This document shows, one piece after another, positions 23,738 through 37,404 of a stretch of DNA of 64,000 nucleotides; the stretch's first letter is position 1; every line of letters begins with the position of its first letter. This DNA is from Eledone cirrhosa (taxonomy: Eukaryota). A model generated the notes under the pieces. That model searched no databases and was not told the DNA's origin. It worked only from the letters and a program-made list of their open reading frames with translations. The stretch lies in NCBI GenBank assembly GCA_964016885.1, contig OZ024743.1, forward strand, positions 53,134,001-53,198,000. Direction: 5' to 3'. A program made the translations under genes and the position numbers.

Positions 23738-23908
23738 ACCACGAAAAACGTGGGTGGAGGTGGTGAAAGCAGACCTCAGATCGCTGAAGCTCACGGAGGA
23801 GATGATGAAGGACCGTGACAAGTTGAGAGATGCTGTGCTGAATAGGACCCGTCCCACCCTTGCAAGCAGGGAAAAGCGGACGTAAAATTATGATGATGAT
23901 GATGATAT
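23738..23908 (+). mobile_element. RTE LINE 3' end (RPRKTWVEVVKADL...[12 protein letters not shown])
   Basis: RTE-type GRPRKTW C-terminus with (ATG)n tail; copies at 45165-45322 and, degenerate, at 57560-57972. Confidence 0.75.
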
Positions 23909-24061
23909 AGGTTATTATGTAACTTGTTGTTACTAGTGGTGATGTTAGTCAAAGCACTCGATGTTGTTACGGGGGTCCGTCTATCAGGTTTAAGGTGGCT
24001 CTAGTTTAGAGGGTGTATATATAGAGTGACAATAAGAGTTGCAGCTTTTTATGAAACTTTA

Positions 24062-24153
24062 TTTCATATTACGATTGTTTCTATATCGATCAGCTCAGGT
24101 TTAATCATGTGATCAGATCCTGACTCTTAATCGACACTTCTTTAGATATGAAA
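24062..24153 (-). ncRNA. Hammerhead fold with decayed core (CTAAAGA)
   Basis: Reverse strand: perfect 8-bp stem I TTTCATAT/ATATGAAA, long stem II TGTCGATTA/TGATCGATA, GAAAC-AATC-GTA. Confidence 0.6.
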
Positions 24154-24678
24154 GTTTACATGGGTGGTCCCATACAAACTGTTGACATATGTTATTGGCT
24201 GGGAGATCCGAGCAATTTTGCTATATATACTTTCATCTAAAAATATCTTATACCAATCTCACTGACCAGCTTTACAATTCTTTAAAATTCATCACTTCTG
24301 TAATATTGGAATTTACTATTCTCCATCTACCCACTCCCATATGTATCATCATCATCATAACCGTTTTACATCCATTTTTCCACGTTAGCATGGGTCAGAC
24401 GAGGATGTATATATATATATATATATCACGATAAATTAACGGAGCCATAGACTCTCGTTATTCCCTGACAATAATGTGCTCAAAGGAAAAGGAATCCTGA
24501 GCTCTTTAAAATACAATATGTTGAAAAGGTAACACACTAGAGAGAGATAGTGTGCCATCAATAAAACAGGGAAAACCACCAGTGTATGGAGTCTATAATC
24601 TATGGAAGGCAGGGTAGACACACAATAATTAAAAATATAAATTAAAATGTATATACGCACCTCTATAACTATATAACA

Positions 24679-24759
24679 CACGCGTACAAATCCAAAGATA
24701 TCTGTTTTGCCAGGAAATTGTTGACTGAAATGGAATAGCCTATGGGTCATTAGCGCGTG
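24679..24759 (-). ncRNA. Hammerhead fold with decayed core (CTAATGA, CAAAAC)
   Basis: Reverse strand: stem I CACGCG/CGCGTG, stem II CCA/TGG, stem III ACAGAT/ATTTGT, GUA. Confidence 0.6.
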
Positions 24760-25196
24760 CAAGACTATACATTCCAGACGATTCTAAGAGAATCTTTACA
24801 CCTCTCAAAGACGATGGCACATGACTGTGACCTCTGGCGTCACGCAGTAATACAGAAGACCCGACTCCCCACGGGTACAAGCCGAAGCTGAAGCATATAG
24901 ACAATTTGGCCCACACCCTTCCACTGCAAAGTGGTCGTGGAGGTGCCACAGTAAAAAAGCACCCAGTCCACACTGTAAAGTGGACGTGTAGGCGCCACGG
25001 AAAAAAAGCACCCACCACTCACTGTAAATGAGGTTGGTGTTAGGAAGGGCATCCAGCTGTAGAAATCAAGCCAGAATCAGCTCTTATATGAGCAGGACAA
25101 GGTCAGCCAACTGGACACTGCCCACAACAGGACAACCCGTCTAACCCATGCTAGCATAGAAGAACGGACGTAAAACGGCAATGATGATGATGAAGA

Positions 25197-25242
<46 letters not shown>

Positions 25243-25825
25243 ATAATTGTTTCTACTTTAGGCACAAGGCCAGCAATTACCCAGTGCATTACTGGTACTT
25301 TATTTTATCGACCCCGTAAGGATGAAAGGCAAAGTCAACCTCGGCGGGATTTGAACTCAGATCGTAAAGGGACGTAACTATGCTGGAAAGCATGGCGTCC
25401 GACCCTCTACCGATACTGCCAATCCACCGCCTTTTAGATAGTAATAATAATAAATGTGAAGACTAAATTCCAAAGAGGGCTTGATAAGGCTAAATATATA
25501 TCAAATATATAAGAACACTGGAGCTAATATAAATTAAATATACACAAGTTGTTTATAGACACACATATGCTTATTGCCTTGATTTGTTATGCATCAGTTT
25601 GTTTATATTGTATTATACATAAAACCCCACATAAACACATGTATATGTATTTATTTGTATATATGTGGAGTGTCATACTTACTGTTTTCATACACTGAGA
25701 CATTGATACATATATACATATATGTGTGTGTATACATATACTCATTTGACACACTGACATACATATATATACACACACATTTATAAAAGTATATATAGTT
25801 TCATACACTTTTGAATTTATATATA

Positions 25826-26270
25826 TCATCATCATCATCATCATCATCATCGTTTAACGTCCATCTTCCACGCTTGCATGGGTTTGGACGGGAGTTTTCC
25901 CACTTGAGGCAAGAGTGGTTGTCTTGCTCGCATAGGACTGTCTGGCGGGTTTTCTACAGTTGGATGCCCTTCCTAACACCAACCACATTTACAGTGTGGG
26001 ACTGGGAGGTTTTTACCGTGTTGCCTACACGGCCACATTACAGCGTGGACTGTCTGGCGGGTTTTCTACAGCTGGATGCCCTTCCTAACACCAACCACAT
26101 TTACAGTGTGGGACTGGGAGGTTTTTACCATGTTGCCTACACGGCCACATTACAGCGTGGACTGTGTGTTTTTTTGTCGTGACACCTACATGACCTCATT
26201 TGTTTTGGGCTGGATGTTGTGGTACCAACATAACTTTACATTGAAAGGGGTGGTGTGGATGGGGTGGGGG
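25826..26270 (-). mobile_element. SINE-like family C (shares the GTTAGGAAGGGCATCC module), with an internal ~114-bp tandem duplication
   Basis: Matches 17290-17595(+) and 32436-32770(-); 25936-26049 is repeated at 26050-26163. Confidence 0.7.
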
Positions 26271-26473
26271 TAGTGGGACGGGGGTTGTATTTTGTTAGAG
26301 GTGCCTACTGACTGTAGTAGGTTTCACTTTGTACTTAGGTAAGACGGGTCTTCTGTATATATATATAAGTATTGAAGTTTCCGTTGAAAATTGAAAAAGT
26401 CATAGGAGTGAAGAGTGCTCTATGTAAGTTACAGAGCTAAATTTAATGTATAATAAACAATACAATATAATTA

Positions 26474-26541
26474 CCTCATTACCAGAGGTTTCCCGAATAA
26501 GATGAATACAAGAAATGTCCTCATTCATTCGTTAGACAAGG
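26474..26541 (-). ncRNA. Hammerhead fold with decayed core (CTAACGA)
   Basis: Reverse strand: CCTTGT/ATGAGG stem I and GAAACC-TCT-GGTA; same family as 47912 and 48787-48851. Confidence 0.55.
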
Positions 26542-26652
26542 CAAGGAATTGTAATGGTAATGAGGTAATTATATTGTATTGTTTATTATACATTATATAT
26601 ATATATATATATATATATCATATACATAATATATATATATATACATATATGT

Positions 26653-26684
<32 letters not shown>

Positions 26685-28511
26685 TTATTTAAATAACATG
26701 TGATATATATGTATATGTGCAAACATATAATTATATGATTGGATGAATTGTCTCCTCACGTGCAGATACTTAAACAATAGAAATATTATACTCCTTCAAG
26801 TTTCCTGACACTCTTAAGTTGACTCAGATCACAATTTTTATTGCTTTCCTGGAAATACCGCTACATTTTTTACTAGATATTTTTATATAATATACTGTCG
26901 TGGATAGTAGCAGAATTAATCGTTGCATGGTAGACTTAATTTTGTGTGGAAGAATTAATACTTGGATGGTAGACTTAATCTTGAGCAGTAGACTTAATTT
27001 CTCCCCTAGTTGCCATATTTTTAATGAAAGTCACTGCCGTAATTTTCAGATCATTTAAAAAATATTCAAGGAGGGATTTAATAATATTACTAAAGGAACG
27101 ATCGACTTTCATCCGATCGGACCGAGCAACGTCAAATAAAGTGTCTTGCTCAAAATATTACTAAATATTACTAAGTTTCTCATTATTAAGTTGGTTTTTA
27201 GAACACAACAAAAGTTCTTACATAAATTATTATGGAAGTTTTTAGATAAATATAAACACTTTAACTCTTTCTTAATCATATTTTTAATGAAATACTGTTT
27301 CAAGTCATTTTGAAAATAATCAAGATTTTAGAAGGATTTTATAATATAACTAAATTGTTCTTTATACTTGTAATTGAAGCATAACTTCACAAAGGTTCTT
27401 ACAGAAAATTATAATGGAATGCTTTCAGATAAATATTAACAATTTAAATTAAACAGATTAGTATCATAAAACCAAAAGCAGTTTCAGGCATTTTGATATC
27501 AAAGGGATTAATCTTTGGTAGTAGACTTATTCTTGGATTGATAGAGTTAGTATTGGGTGGTAGATTTAATTCTGGATGGTTGAAGTAACTTGAGTTGTAG
27601 ATTTAATCTGTCACCCAGTTTAACACTGCCACATGACTCTTGGATGTCTTTGGCAGAGTTTGCTGTCACAAGTATTTGGATCCAGTTTCCTGTGTGAGGA
27701 TACCTTCCTTCAACCCTCACATCAATCTCTGTGGCCTTATACAGGGCTATGGACAATACCCTTTTCCTTCTGACTAAGCAGTAAAAAGACATCCAAAATC
27801 ACTGTATTTGAAACCAACCTAAAATGACCTTCAAGAAATTTTCTTTGAATTTTCTTTGGAGTATACATTCCAAATTTGGTAAAAATAATAATGTCAGGAA
27901 TAACTTTATTGGTAAGTATATATACATATATATATACATACATTGAATATTGATTATTAACCATATATCATCTGAATTGTGTGAATTTCTTTTAAAAATA
28001 TATATAACAAATGTAGTTGCTGAAAAGAGCTTTGACAATTAAAAACTAAACAACCATCTGGTTATTAAACTAACCGACAGTAAATTATAATTTTTATAGG
28101 CAACATGACTCTCCAAAAGTATATATTTAATTCATTTTCCCTTATTTTCCATATGGCTTTTATTTCTTCCCTTTCCAAAACAATCCTCTCTTCTTTCTGT
28201 TTTTTTCCTTTTATAATAAAGGACTAGCATCTGAAACATTAAGACTCCTTTATTACTTCTGTTTAGCATTAAACTAATTTACAGCTATAGTAATGAATTG
28301 TTCTCTGTACTCATATATGTTATAGTTTGTTGGAATTATGAATTATAACTATACCTACTCTATAACCATATATACTTCTAGTACTACCCTAATTTGAGAT
28401 CTTCCTGGTCTTCAAATCATCAACACTATATATGAGAGCAAGAGATTCTGTTATGCAAAGTGCATTTGTAAGTCAACAACTGAAATACATAAAATAGATA
28501 TAGGAATGTTT

Positions 28512-28543
<32 letters not shown>

Positions 28544-29419
28544 ATACACACACACACACCATTCACCTCCATTCGCAACAAACCATTACATAACCACACA
28601 CATGGTTTTATTAGTTTGTCACACCCACATCAGCCGCTATTCTTTCTTTCTTTATTTATCTATTTCCAGGGTGTGGTGAACTAAGGTGAACTGGGTTGAG
28701 AAAGTGGGGTGGGTGGGGGAGTCAACCAGGATACTTTCTACTGACAGACATTTGGCAAGAATTATGCCATTGCTAAAAATTGTCACTTATTTTCTGAATG
28801 GTTTTAAATGTCAACAAGATTTATTTTATGCCATCATGTGACTATGGTAATGCCTTAACTCTTTTGGAATCAGTTTTCAGTGGAAATGTAATATTGTTTT
28901 GGTGTATGGTCTGTGTTTTCTCCTCCTCCTGTTTACCATTCTAAGAGTCACATGAATCTATAGTAGTGCCAGTGTTTATTCCTGTGCTGGCCTCTATTGT
29001 GTTACGTGGATGTGAAATCAATCTCCTCTAGGACTGAACTCTCAGCTATGTCACATATAGGTGAGTTAATATTAACCCTTTTGACAGTAACCCACCTGAG
29101 TCCATCCCTAGGTCTATAACAGAAACCTGTCCATTTTAAAGTGTTTTATTTCAATTTAAACCTGTACTCACAAGGCTTTGTTTTACTAAATTTCACTCAC
29201 AAAACTTTTAATTGACCTGATATTATGGTTTAAGATACATTAAGATTGACTTTAAAGCCCCATAGTTGCAAAGTAAACTTTTTAACTACACAGCCATGTT
29301 TCTATCCAAGTTAGGTGGAGGAAATATCTTGTCTACTGAGATAATGCAAGATATAATATATTCCAGGTTAGCAGACGTATTAGCAAAGCATCTCAGCCAC
29401 GACCATAACATATTTTACA

Positions 29420-31060
29420 TTTCCCATGATTCCTTTCTTTAAAAAAATGTAGAATAAAGAATATAATCTGTTGACCACCTGGTTATTGTTTATGATTTGT
29501 TATCTACACTTAGGTACTTTACATGAGTAAAAGTATGATAGGCGAATAGATAAGATGTTAAAGTTTATCCAAGCTAAGAATTAATTCTTTAGATATCTTT
29601 TGCAGTTATTCATGATCACCTTGTCAACAGCAAGATGGTCTTTGGTTTCATGAGAATTTTTCCTACACCCCTTCTGATTGACAGGTAGCATCTCATTCTA
29701 AATCAAGTGATCATACACTTTTGTAACAAAGATGCCAGTCAACAGCTTCCAAAGCAAATTCCAGCAAGCCAACAGCCTGTAATTTCCAACTAATCAACGT
29801 TTTCTTTTATCCATCATTATCAAAGTTGTCTTTCCTTCAACCATCCAACTTGGAACTTCTTCTACTACTTTATTATTAAGGTGCTTCCCTAGCTTTGAAT
29901 GAATACTTCAATTTCTTTCAACCAGAATCAATCCCATTTGGTCCAGGAGATTTCCAGTATGGCATTTTTCCTAACTTGCTCTTGAATATTTTCATTTGAA
30001 ATTCTTTTCCAGCTCTGTTTTGGTTTATCAGACTAACTTATGTTCAACTTCATTTATCCATCTCACATCTTTGTTGTGAAATAATGTTATGAAATTCCTC
30101 ACAGATTTGACCAAAATTGTGCAGATTCTTCTGCAACTTTTGTCCCATTTTTCTCTAACAGTGATCTAAAGAATATTTTCTGATTTTCAGAGAACAATCT
30201 GTTCTGTTTGTATTGTTTTTGTTTATTTGTATAGCACCTAACTGTTTAGATGTTGCCTTAATTCATTGCTTCATTTTTTTCATCACTACATTCAAAGCTT
30301 TCAACTTTAAGTTAAGGTCATGCATTGTTTCTCTCCTACTTTGGCCCTTTTACAGTTTCCTCTATGCCATTCATCCATTTTACCTAGATCTTTTCTGGGC
30401 TGAGTTATATCACCCTCCAATCCACCAGGGTTCCTTACATTACTTCCTTTCAGTTTCCTTAAATGCTAATTGCTCACCCAACAGAAACCCTACAGTATTA
30501 ATTAACTTACTCTGGTGATAGCATTAGTTTCTATATACATCATTGCATCGTTTACTTTGGCTGTTTCAGTTGCTAAATGACTTTTCTCCATATTCCAAAG
30601 ATTCAGCAACATCTTATTGAATCCAGGGTCATTAACCCTTTAGCTTTTAAACTGGCCATATCCGGCCAGAATTTTCTCATCTATTTCTGTTTAAACTGGC
30701 CATAACCAGCCACTCATACCAATGTTATGGTATTATTCTCAAAATAAATAACATCAAAATCTCATAGATTTGATATTATGTGAGGTAAAGTGTTTACAGT
30801 GAAAATATAATAGTAAATATAGAGTAATGTATATGCTAAAGGGTTAAATAGATCTCTCAATCTTTTGATAATAAATTTTCTTTCTTTCTCTTCTATATTT
30901 TCATTCACATTTTCAATGTTCACAATATCAGACACTTGATTTTCACTCTCTCCACATTTAGTAGTTCATCATTTTTTCCCCCTTCTTAGTATTTTGGTAG
31001 GCTAATTCGTCCTTAGTTGATTCATTTTTATTGTTGTTGTTGTTGTGTGACAGTCTTTAT
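29420..31060 (-). pseudogene. Highly decayed R4/Dong-like non-LTR retrotransposon RT region
   Basis: Reverse-strand remnants LGKMPYWKSPGP (~29940-29975) and YKQNRLFSENQK (~30178-30212); many stops. Confidence 0.5.
30632..30847 (-). mobile_element. Monomeric TTAA MITE (LINE-free)
   Basis: TTAA-CCCTTTAGC...GCTAAAGGG-TTAA; reverse complement of the 34006 copy; inserted in the R4-like remnant. Confidence 0.85.
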
Positions 31061-31269
31061 CTGTTTTATGTAACTGTCAGAACCAATTAATTTAAAACCA
31101 CAATCAGCCTTCCTGTAATTATATACACCTGTTGTCATTGTATACACTTTGTTATATACTTGAAACAAATACTTGTACTTTTATATACTCATGTTTGTCT
31201 GTTGTCATCCTAGTACACCCATACACACCCTCTTGTTGTTTGGGTGATAGGGTGAGGGGAGATGGATAT

Positions 31270-31301
<32 letters not shown>

Positions 31302-31351
31302 AGAGAGAGAGATGGCTCTTAGGCAAAATATCATTCACAGTTTGTGAACAG

Positions 31352-31594
31352 TTAACCCTTTTGATAGCAAACTCACCTGAAACCAGACCTGATTCTCTGG
31401 TAAAGATCTGTTTCTTTTAAAAGCCTATTATAATTTTATGTAAGAACATTTGATAAGTTTTATCCCAAACACCAGCTCAGTAATGAGAAAGTTAGTTATA
31501 TTACTAAATCCCTCCAAATTCTTGATTATTTTCTAAATTATTTGAAAATTGTAGGCAGTGTCTTTCACTAGAAATATGGTAATGAAAGGGTTAA
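31352..31594 (+). mobile_element. Second TTAA/CCCTTT MITE family (partial relatives at ~29072-29220 and ~49568-50010)
   Basis: TTAA-CCCTTTTGATAGC ... GGTAATGAAAGGG-TTAA with a different interior from the first family. Confidence 0.7.
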
Positions 31595-32769
31595 AGAACT
31601 GGCAAACTGAGAATCTTCTCATATTTCTTTTCTTGACTTGTAAGAAATAGCAGCCAAATTTCACTCAAATCATACTCTATCCTCTTAAATGGCAAAGGAA
31701 ACATTGGATAATGTGGTCCTTGGTGTTCTATGTCTTAATAAATGATAACATGGTCATGGTTGGAAGGCCTTTGATCCTAAATCTACCCAAGAACCGTGTG
31801 GAAGGTTGTGCTGGTGAAGACCCATCTAACCCAAGCAACACAGGAAAATGAATGTAAAAATGGTCATGATGATGAGAAGGATGATATATATATATATATA
31901 TACCATGATAATAGGAGGGTTACCCGGCCTTTGTTGCGTTATCACCCACTTTCACCTGTATAGTAAATATTCGATAGCATACCAAAAATATTTGGTAAAA
32001 GTTTGTTACTGTTTTATTATTCCCATTTAGCCACCTTTTTTTTTATACAGGTTCTTTGCATTTCTCCTTTGAATATTTTTTTCTAGTAACATATGTTGAA
32101 ATACCTTCTTAATATTCAAAATCATATCAAAATTTCAAATTGCCCAACATTTTCTGTACAATTGCTCATTGGTCACTCAGCAGTTGACCATCTAATGGTG
32201 GGCGATGTCACCCAGGTTGGAAACCTCTGATATATAGCTACACTTGCCTCTTACATACAACATTTGCAGTACACCATATATTTTGAACTGAGGTTTTGCA
32301 GGTCAAGTAGATAAGTTACATGCTGGTTTTACATGTATTTTTGGTTAGAGATGTGCAACGTACATATAGCTATATATATATATATATATATATATACGTA
32401 AAATGATGATGATGATGATGATGATATATATATATCATCATCAACATCATCACCGTTAAACGTCTATCTTCCATGCTAGCATGGGTTAGACGGGAGTTGT
32501 CCCACTTGAGGCAAGTTTGGTCGGGTGACCATGTCTCGCTCATATAGGATTATCTGGCAGGTTTTCTACGGCTGGATGGCCTTCCTAACACTAAACACAT
32601 TTACAGTGTGGACTGGGAACCTTTTACCGTGTTACCTACACAGCTACATTACAGCGTGGACTGTGTGTTTTTTTGTCGTGACACCTACATGATCTCGATC
32701 TCGATCTCATTATCTCATTAGGTTGGACTGGATGTTGTGGTACCAACATAACTCTACAGAGAAAGGGTA

Positions 32770-32809
<40 letters not shown>

Positions 32810-33281
32810 GCGATTCTTTGCTTAAACTTTAATCTTTTATTTTAATAAATATATATATGTATATATATATATCAGTGGCGAAGGGTAACCTGGAAAGCAG
32901 GGCATGCAGTCCAATCGCCATGGCGGAAAGTGGGGTTGAGCAGCTTTGCCCCCCCCCCCTATTCCCTCTAAATGACCCTCCCGGTCAAAGCCGCATGTAG
33001 TGTTATCTAGTGTGTGTGTGTTATCTTTTTATGTGTCTACGATTTAGCAAGCAGCCAAAATTCTGCTTGCTTCAACTGATGCAATTGATCAACTCAAGAT
33101 TCTATAACGCATGCACTGCATGCGTTGCATGCATGGACCCTTTGCCCCTGATATACATATCTCTACCCTTCATCATCATCATCACCGTTTTATGTCCATT
33201 CTTCCATGCTAGTATGGGTTAGATGAGTTGTCCTGTTGTGGGCAATGCTAGGACAGGTGACCATCTCTTGTTCGTACAGAA

Positions 33282-33320
<39 letters not shown>

Positions 33321-33402
33321 TAATTATTTTCTTTTTCATTTCTATTCAGATATAATGGTCCATCTTGGAAATTTAATGTCTTTTTCTTTTTGTCTTCTGC
33401 AG

Positions 33403-33501
33403 ATCCTCTCAGTTTTTCAACACCTATGTCTGAAGAAGTAGAGGACAAGAAGCACAATGTGAAATTTCAGATACAGAAATCTACTCCATCTCCTAATCCA
33501 G
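33403..33501 (+). CDS. Host gene exon B (DPLSFSTPMSEEVEDKKHNVKFQIQKSTPSPNP)
   Basis: Strong polypyrimidine tract plus TGCAG acceptor, 99 nt open, CAG|GTATTC donor; phase 1-1, compatible with the flanking exons. Confidence 0.7.
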
Positions 33502-34005
33502 GTATTCATTGGTTTATTGATTGATTATTTTATTGATTTTGAGTGATTTTATATGGGCAGCATGGTTGTGAGGTTAAGAAATTCACTTTACATCCATGTG
33601 GATTTCAATTCTATTCCAAGATCACATGGCTGCATGGCACCTTGGACAAGTGTCTTCTACTAAAGCACTGGGCTGACCAGTGCTTGTGAGTAAATTATGG
33701 TAGATAAAACCTGTAAACAGGGGCAGTGGAACTTGTGTGGGGGCCATGCCCACTCCAATAATTATATTTTTCTCCCCGAACTACCAAACCACACAACTAT
33801 TTGTATATACACTACAATTTATGTACATGTTATGTTTATCACATATCAAAGTTTTTTTATATCTTGGTTGATATTTGATAATAACAGCTAAACTAATCAC
33901 TACAACTAAATTGACCAAATTTGCCCCCCTCCTCATTCAGAAATGCTTCCACCACCCCTGTAAAGAAGTCCATTAAATGCATACATATATCATCATCATC
34001 ATTGT

Positions 34006-34241
34006 TTAACCCTTTAGCATTTACATTACTCTATATTTGCTATAAAGAAATTATATTTTCTCGGTAAACACTTTACCTCACATAATTATCTCGCATATTA
34101 TTGAATCTATGAGATTTTGATATTATTTATTTTGAGAACAATACCTTAATATCAGTATGAGTGGTCAGTTACGACCAGTTTGACAGAAAGAGGTGAGAGA
34201 ATTCTGGCTGGATATGGCCAGTTTAAATGCTAAAGGGTTAA
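34006..34241 (+). mobile_element. Monomeric TTAA MITE (LINE-free)
   Basis: 14-bp TIR CCCTTTAGCATTTA / TAAATGCTAAAGGG with TTAA on both sides. Confidence 0.9.
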
Positions 34242-34448
34242 TGTCCATTTTCCATGCTGTCATAGATTGGATAGGCCAAGTAAGTGCTCAATCAGAACTA
34301 CTGTCCTCACAAATGGGCTGGATGCCCTTCCTATCAACCCCAACTACAGACTGTATTGGGAACTGGCTCAGCAGTTAAACATGTGAATATTCATACCTTA
34401 CAAGTGAGGGTTGGCATTAATAAGGACATTCAGCTATAGAAATCCACT

Positions 34449-34842
34449 TTAACCCTTTATCATTTACATTACTCTATATATACTATTATATTTTCTTGGT
34501 AAAGGTTTTACCTCACATAATTATCTCACATAATATCGAATCTATGAGATTTTCATATCATTTATTTTGAGAACAATACCTTAACATAAGTATGAGTGAC
34601 CAGTTACAGCAGGTTTGAACAGAAAGAGGTGAGAGAATTCTGGCCAGATATGGCCGGTTTAAATGCTAAATCTCTCACCTCTTTCTGTTCAAATTGGCCA
34701 TAACTGGCTACTCATACTTATGTTAAGGTATTTTTCTCAAAATAAATATCAAAATCTCGTAGATTTGATATTATTTGAAATAAAGTGTTTACTATGAAAA
34801 TACAATAGTAAATATAGAGTAATATCAATGGTAAAGGGTTAA
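34449..34842. mobile_element. Tail-to-tail fused MITE dimer
   Basis: + copy 34449-34670 joined directly to a - copy 34671-34842; both outer ends are left-type TIRs with TTAA. Confidence 0.8.
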
Positions 34843-35007
34843 AATGTTCTCTCCAACCCTTGTCACCATGGAGAAAAATCAATACAAAACTGATGAGGAT
34901 AACATATTGATGGTGGAGTTGATGAACTTCAGTGTCTTGGGGCAAGGGGTTTCTAAAGGATCAACCACTACATACACACATACACATACATATACGTACA
35001 TACACAC

Positions 35008-35038
<31 letters not shown>

Positions 35039-35401
35039 TACATACACATACATATACATACATACACATACATACACACATATACACCCACATACACATA
35101 CACACACATGCATATATACATGCACACATATAATATATACATACACACACATGCACATGCACACACACACACACACACATGCACATCCACATACATATAT
35201 ACATGCACACACACACACATGCACATATACACATGCACATACACACATACAGATACATTACCCATACACATACAAACACATGCATATATACATGCACACA
35301 CACATATATATACATACACACTCACATATATACACATATACATGCACACACATACACACACACGCGTGACATACACACACACACACAGACATATTCACCC
35401 A

Positions 35402-35560
35402 TACAGGTAAAATTCCATTATAATTAAATACCATTTTAACGAATTTTTCAGTATAACGAAACCTTTTCCAATCTCAGCCACACTTGATGTGTTTAGGTCT
35501 CGTTACAACGAATTTTTTTCGTTACAACGAATTTTTTTCGTTATAATGGAGTTTCACTAT
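35402..35560. mobile_element. Tc1/mariner (pogo/Tigger-like) MITE
   Basis: TA-CAGGTAAAATTCCATTATAA ... TTATAATGGAGTTTCACTA-TA imperfect TIRs. A similar mariner MITE lies at 10341-10450 (CAGTGTGTCC/GGACACCCTG). Confidence 0.6.
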
Positions 35561-36139
35561 ATATACATGCACACACACATATACATATATACACACAGAA
35601 ACAAATACATATATACACACACACAAACATACACTGCCTCACACAAACATATGGTTATCATTGAAAACTTACCCCCACCCCCACCCCCACCCCCGCCTAC
35701 TACTGCCATATAACTACTACCACAAACAACAACATACACAGCACCACCACATCCACCACCACCACCACCACCATCACCAGACCACCACCACATCCACCAC
35801 CACCACAACAAACACCACCACCACCACCATCACCACACCACCACATCCACCACCACCACAACAAACACCACCACCACCACCACCACCACCACCACCATCA
35901 CCACCACACCCACCACTACTACTGTCACCACATCCACCATCATCATAACCGCCATCACCACCACCACAACCACCACCACCACCACCACCACCACAACAAC
36001 AACAAACACCACCACCACTACCATAACAACAACAACAACAACAACCACAGATCTTTCTTTGTGTTGCTTTGAGAATCTGACTCATGTCTTCAGACCCAGC
36101 AGAGTTCTGGTTCTGTTAGATTAGAGGGGGCGGGTGACT

Positions 36140-36500
36140 GGGGTAGGGTGGTTAGGCCAGGGTTCTGGGGTGGGTGCCTGGTGGTTAGGTCAGGGTTCTG
36201 GGGTGGGTGCCTGGTGGTTAGGCCAGGGTTCTGGGCTGGGTGCCTGGTGGTTAGGTTATGGTAGAGGTGTCTGGTACTGATAGTGGTTGAGGTGGTGGCT
36301 GTGATTCTGGTCCTAGTTTTGGTGGTATTTGTGGGGGTGTTGGTTGGGTTGATGTGTTGGTGGTATTTGTGGGGGTGATGGTGGGGTTGATGTGTTGGTG
36401 GTATTTGTGGGGGTGATGGTGGGGTTGATGTGTTGGTGGTATTTGTGGGGGTGATGGTGGGGTTGATGTGTTGGTGGTATTTGTGGGGGTGTTGGTGGTG
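36140..36500. repeat. G-rich minisatellites (33-bp x ~3.5 and 39-bp x ~4)
   Basis: GGTTAGGCCAGGGTTCTGGGGTGGGTGCCTGGT and GGTATTTGTGGGGGTGATGGTGGGGTTGATGTGTTGGT-like units. Confidence 0.8.
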
Positions 36501-37130
36501 TTGGTGGTGGTATTTGTGGGGGTGATGGTGGTGTTGGTGGTGTTGATGGTGTTTGTGGTGGTGGTAGTGTTGGTGGTGGTGGTGGTATATGTGGTGGTGG
36601 TGGTGTTTTTGGTGGTGGTAGTGATGTGTGGTGGTGGTGTGTGGTGGTGGTGGTGGTGGTGGTGGTTGTGGTGGTGGTGGTGGTGGTTGTGGTGGTGGTG
36701 GTTGTGTGGTGGTGGTGGTGGTGGTGGTGATGACATTTACCATGGTAATGACATGCACATACTTATACTCACATACAGACACTCACATACACACACTCAC
36801 ATACAAACACTCACATACAAACACTAACATACACACACTCACATACTTACACATACTTATATACACACATACACACATATATACAGTAGACACTCAGATA
36901 CAGAGCATCCCTATATAGACTGAGATATTTGGGACACTCAAGTGTTCTATTTAACTCCACATACATAGCCTGCTAAGACACCACCACACACACACATACA
37001 TACACATATATATATAACACCCACTATATGTTCACTGAGACACCACCACACACAGACATATATATATATAACACACACACACATATATATATATATAACA
37101 CCCACTATATGTTCACTAAGACACGACCAG

Positions 37131-37171
<41 letters not shown>

Positions 37172-37293
37172 ACACCCACTATATGTTCACTGAGCATCCA
37201 ACAGTCAAGAAGGAGAAGGGATGCTGTTGTTATGTCACTCCAAGTCAGGTAACATATGATCTATATATATACACCTTTTATGTATACACACAC

Positions 37294-37404
<111 letters not shown>

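Noticed and set aside
28195-28250. Further hammerhead remnants (also 21590-21685)
   Set aside because: Core too degraded to support a fold.
28670-28685. Possible micro-exon after a strong TTTCCAG acceptor
   Set aside because: Not frame-preserving and the donor is weak.
36120-36260. Interstitial telomeric repeat
   Set aside because: Only isolated TTAGG words within a 33-bp G-rich minisatellite.
37205-37248. Possible small host exon (CAG|...CAG|GTAAC)
   Set aside because: No polypyrimidine tract, and 44 nt would break the frame between exons B and C.
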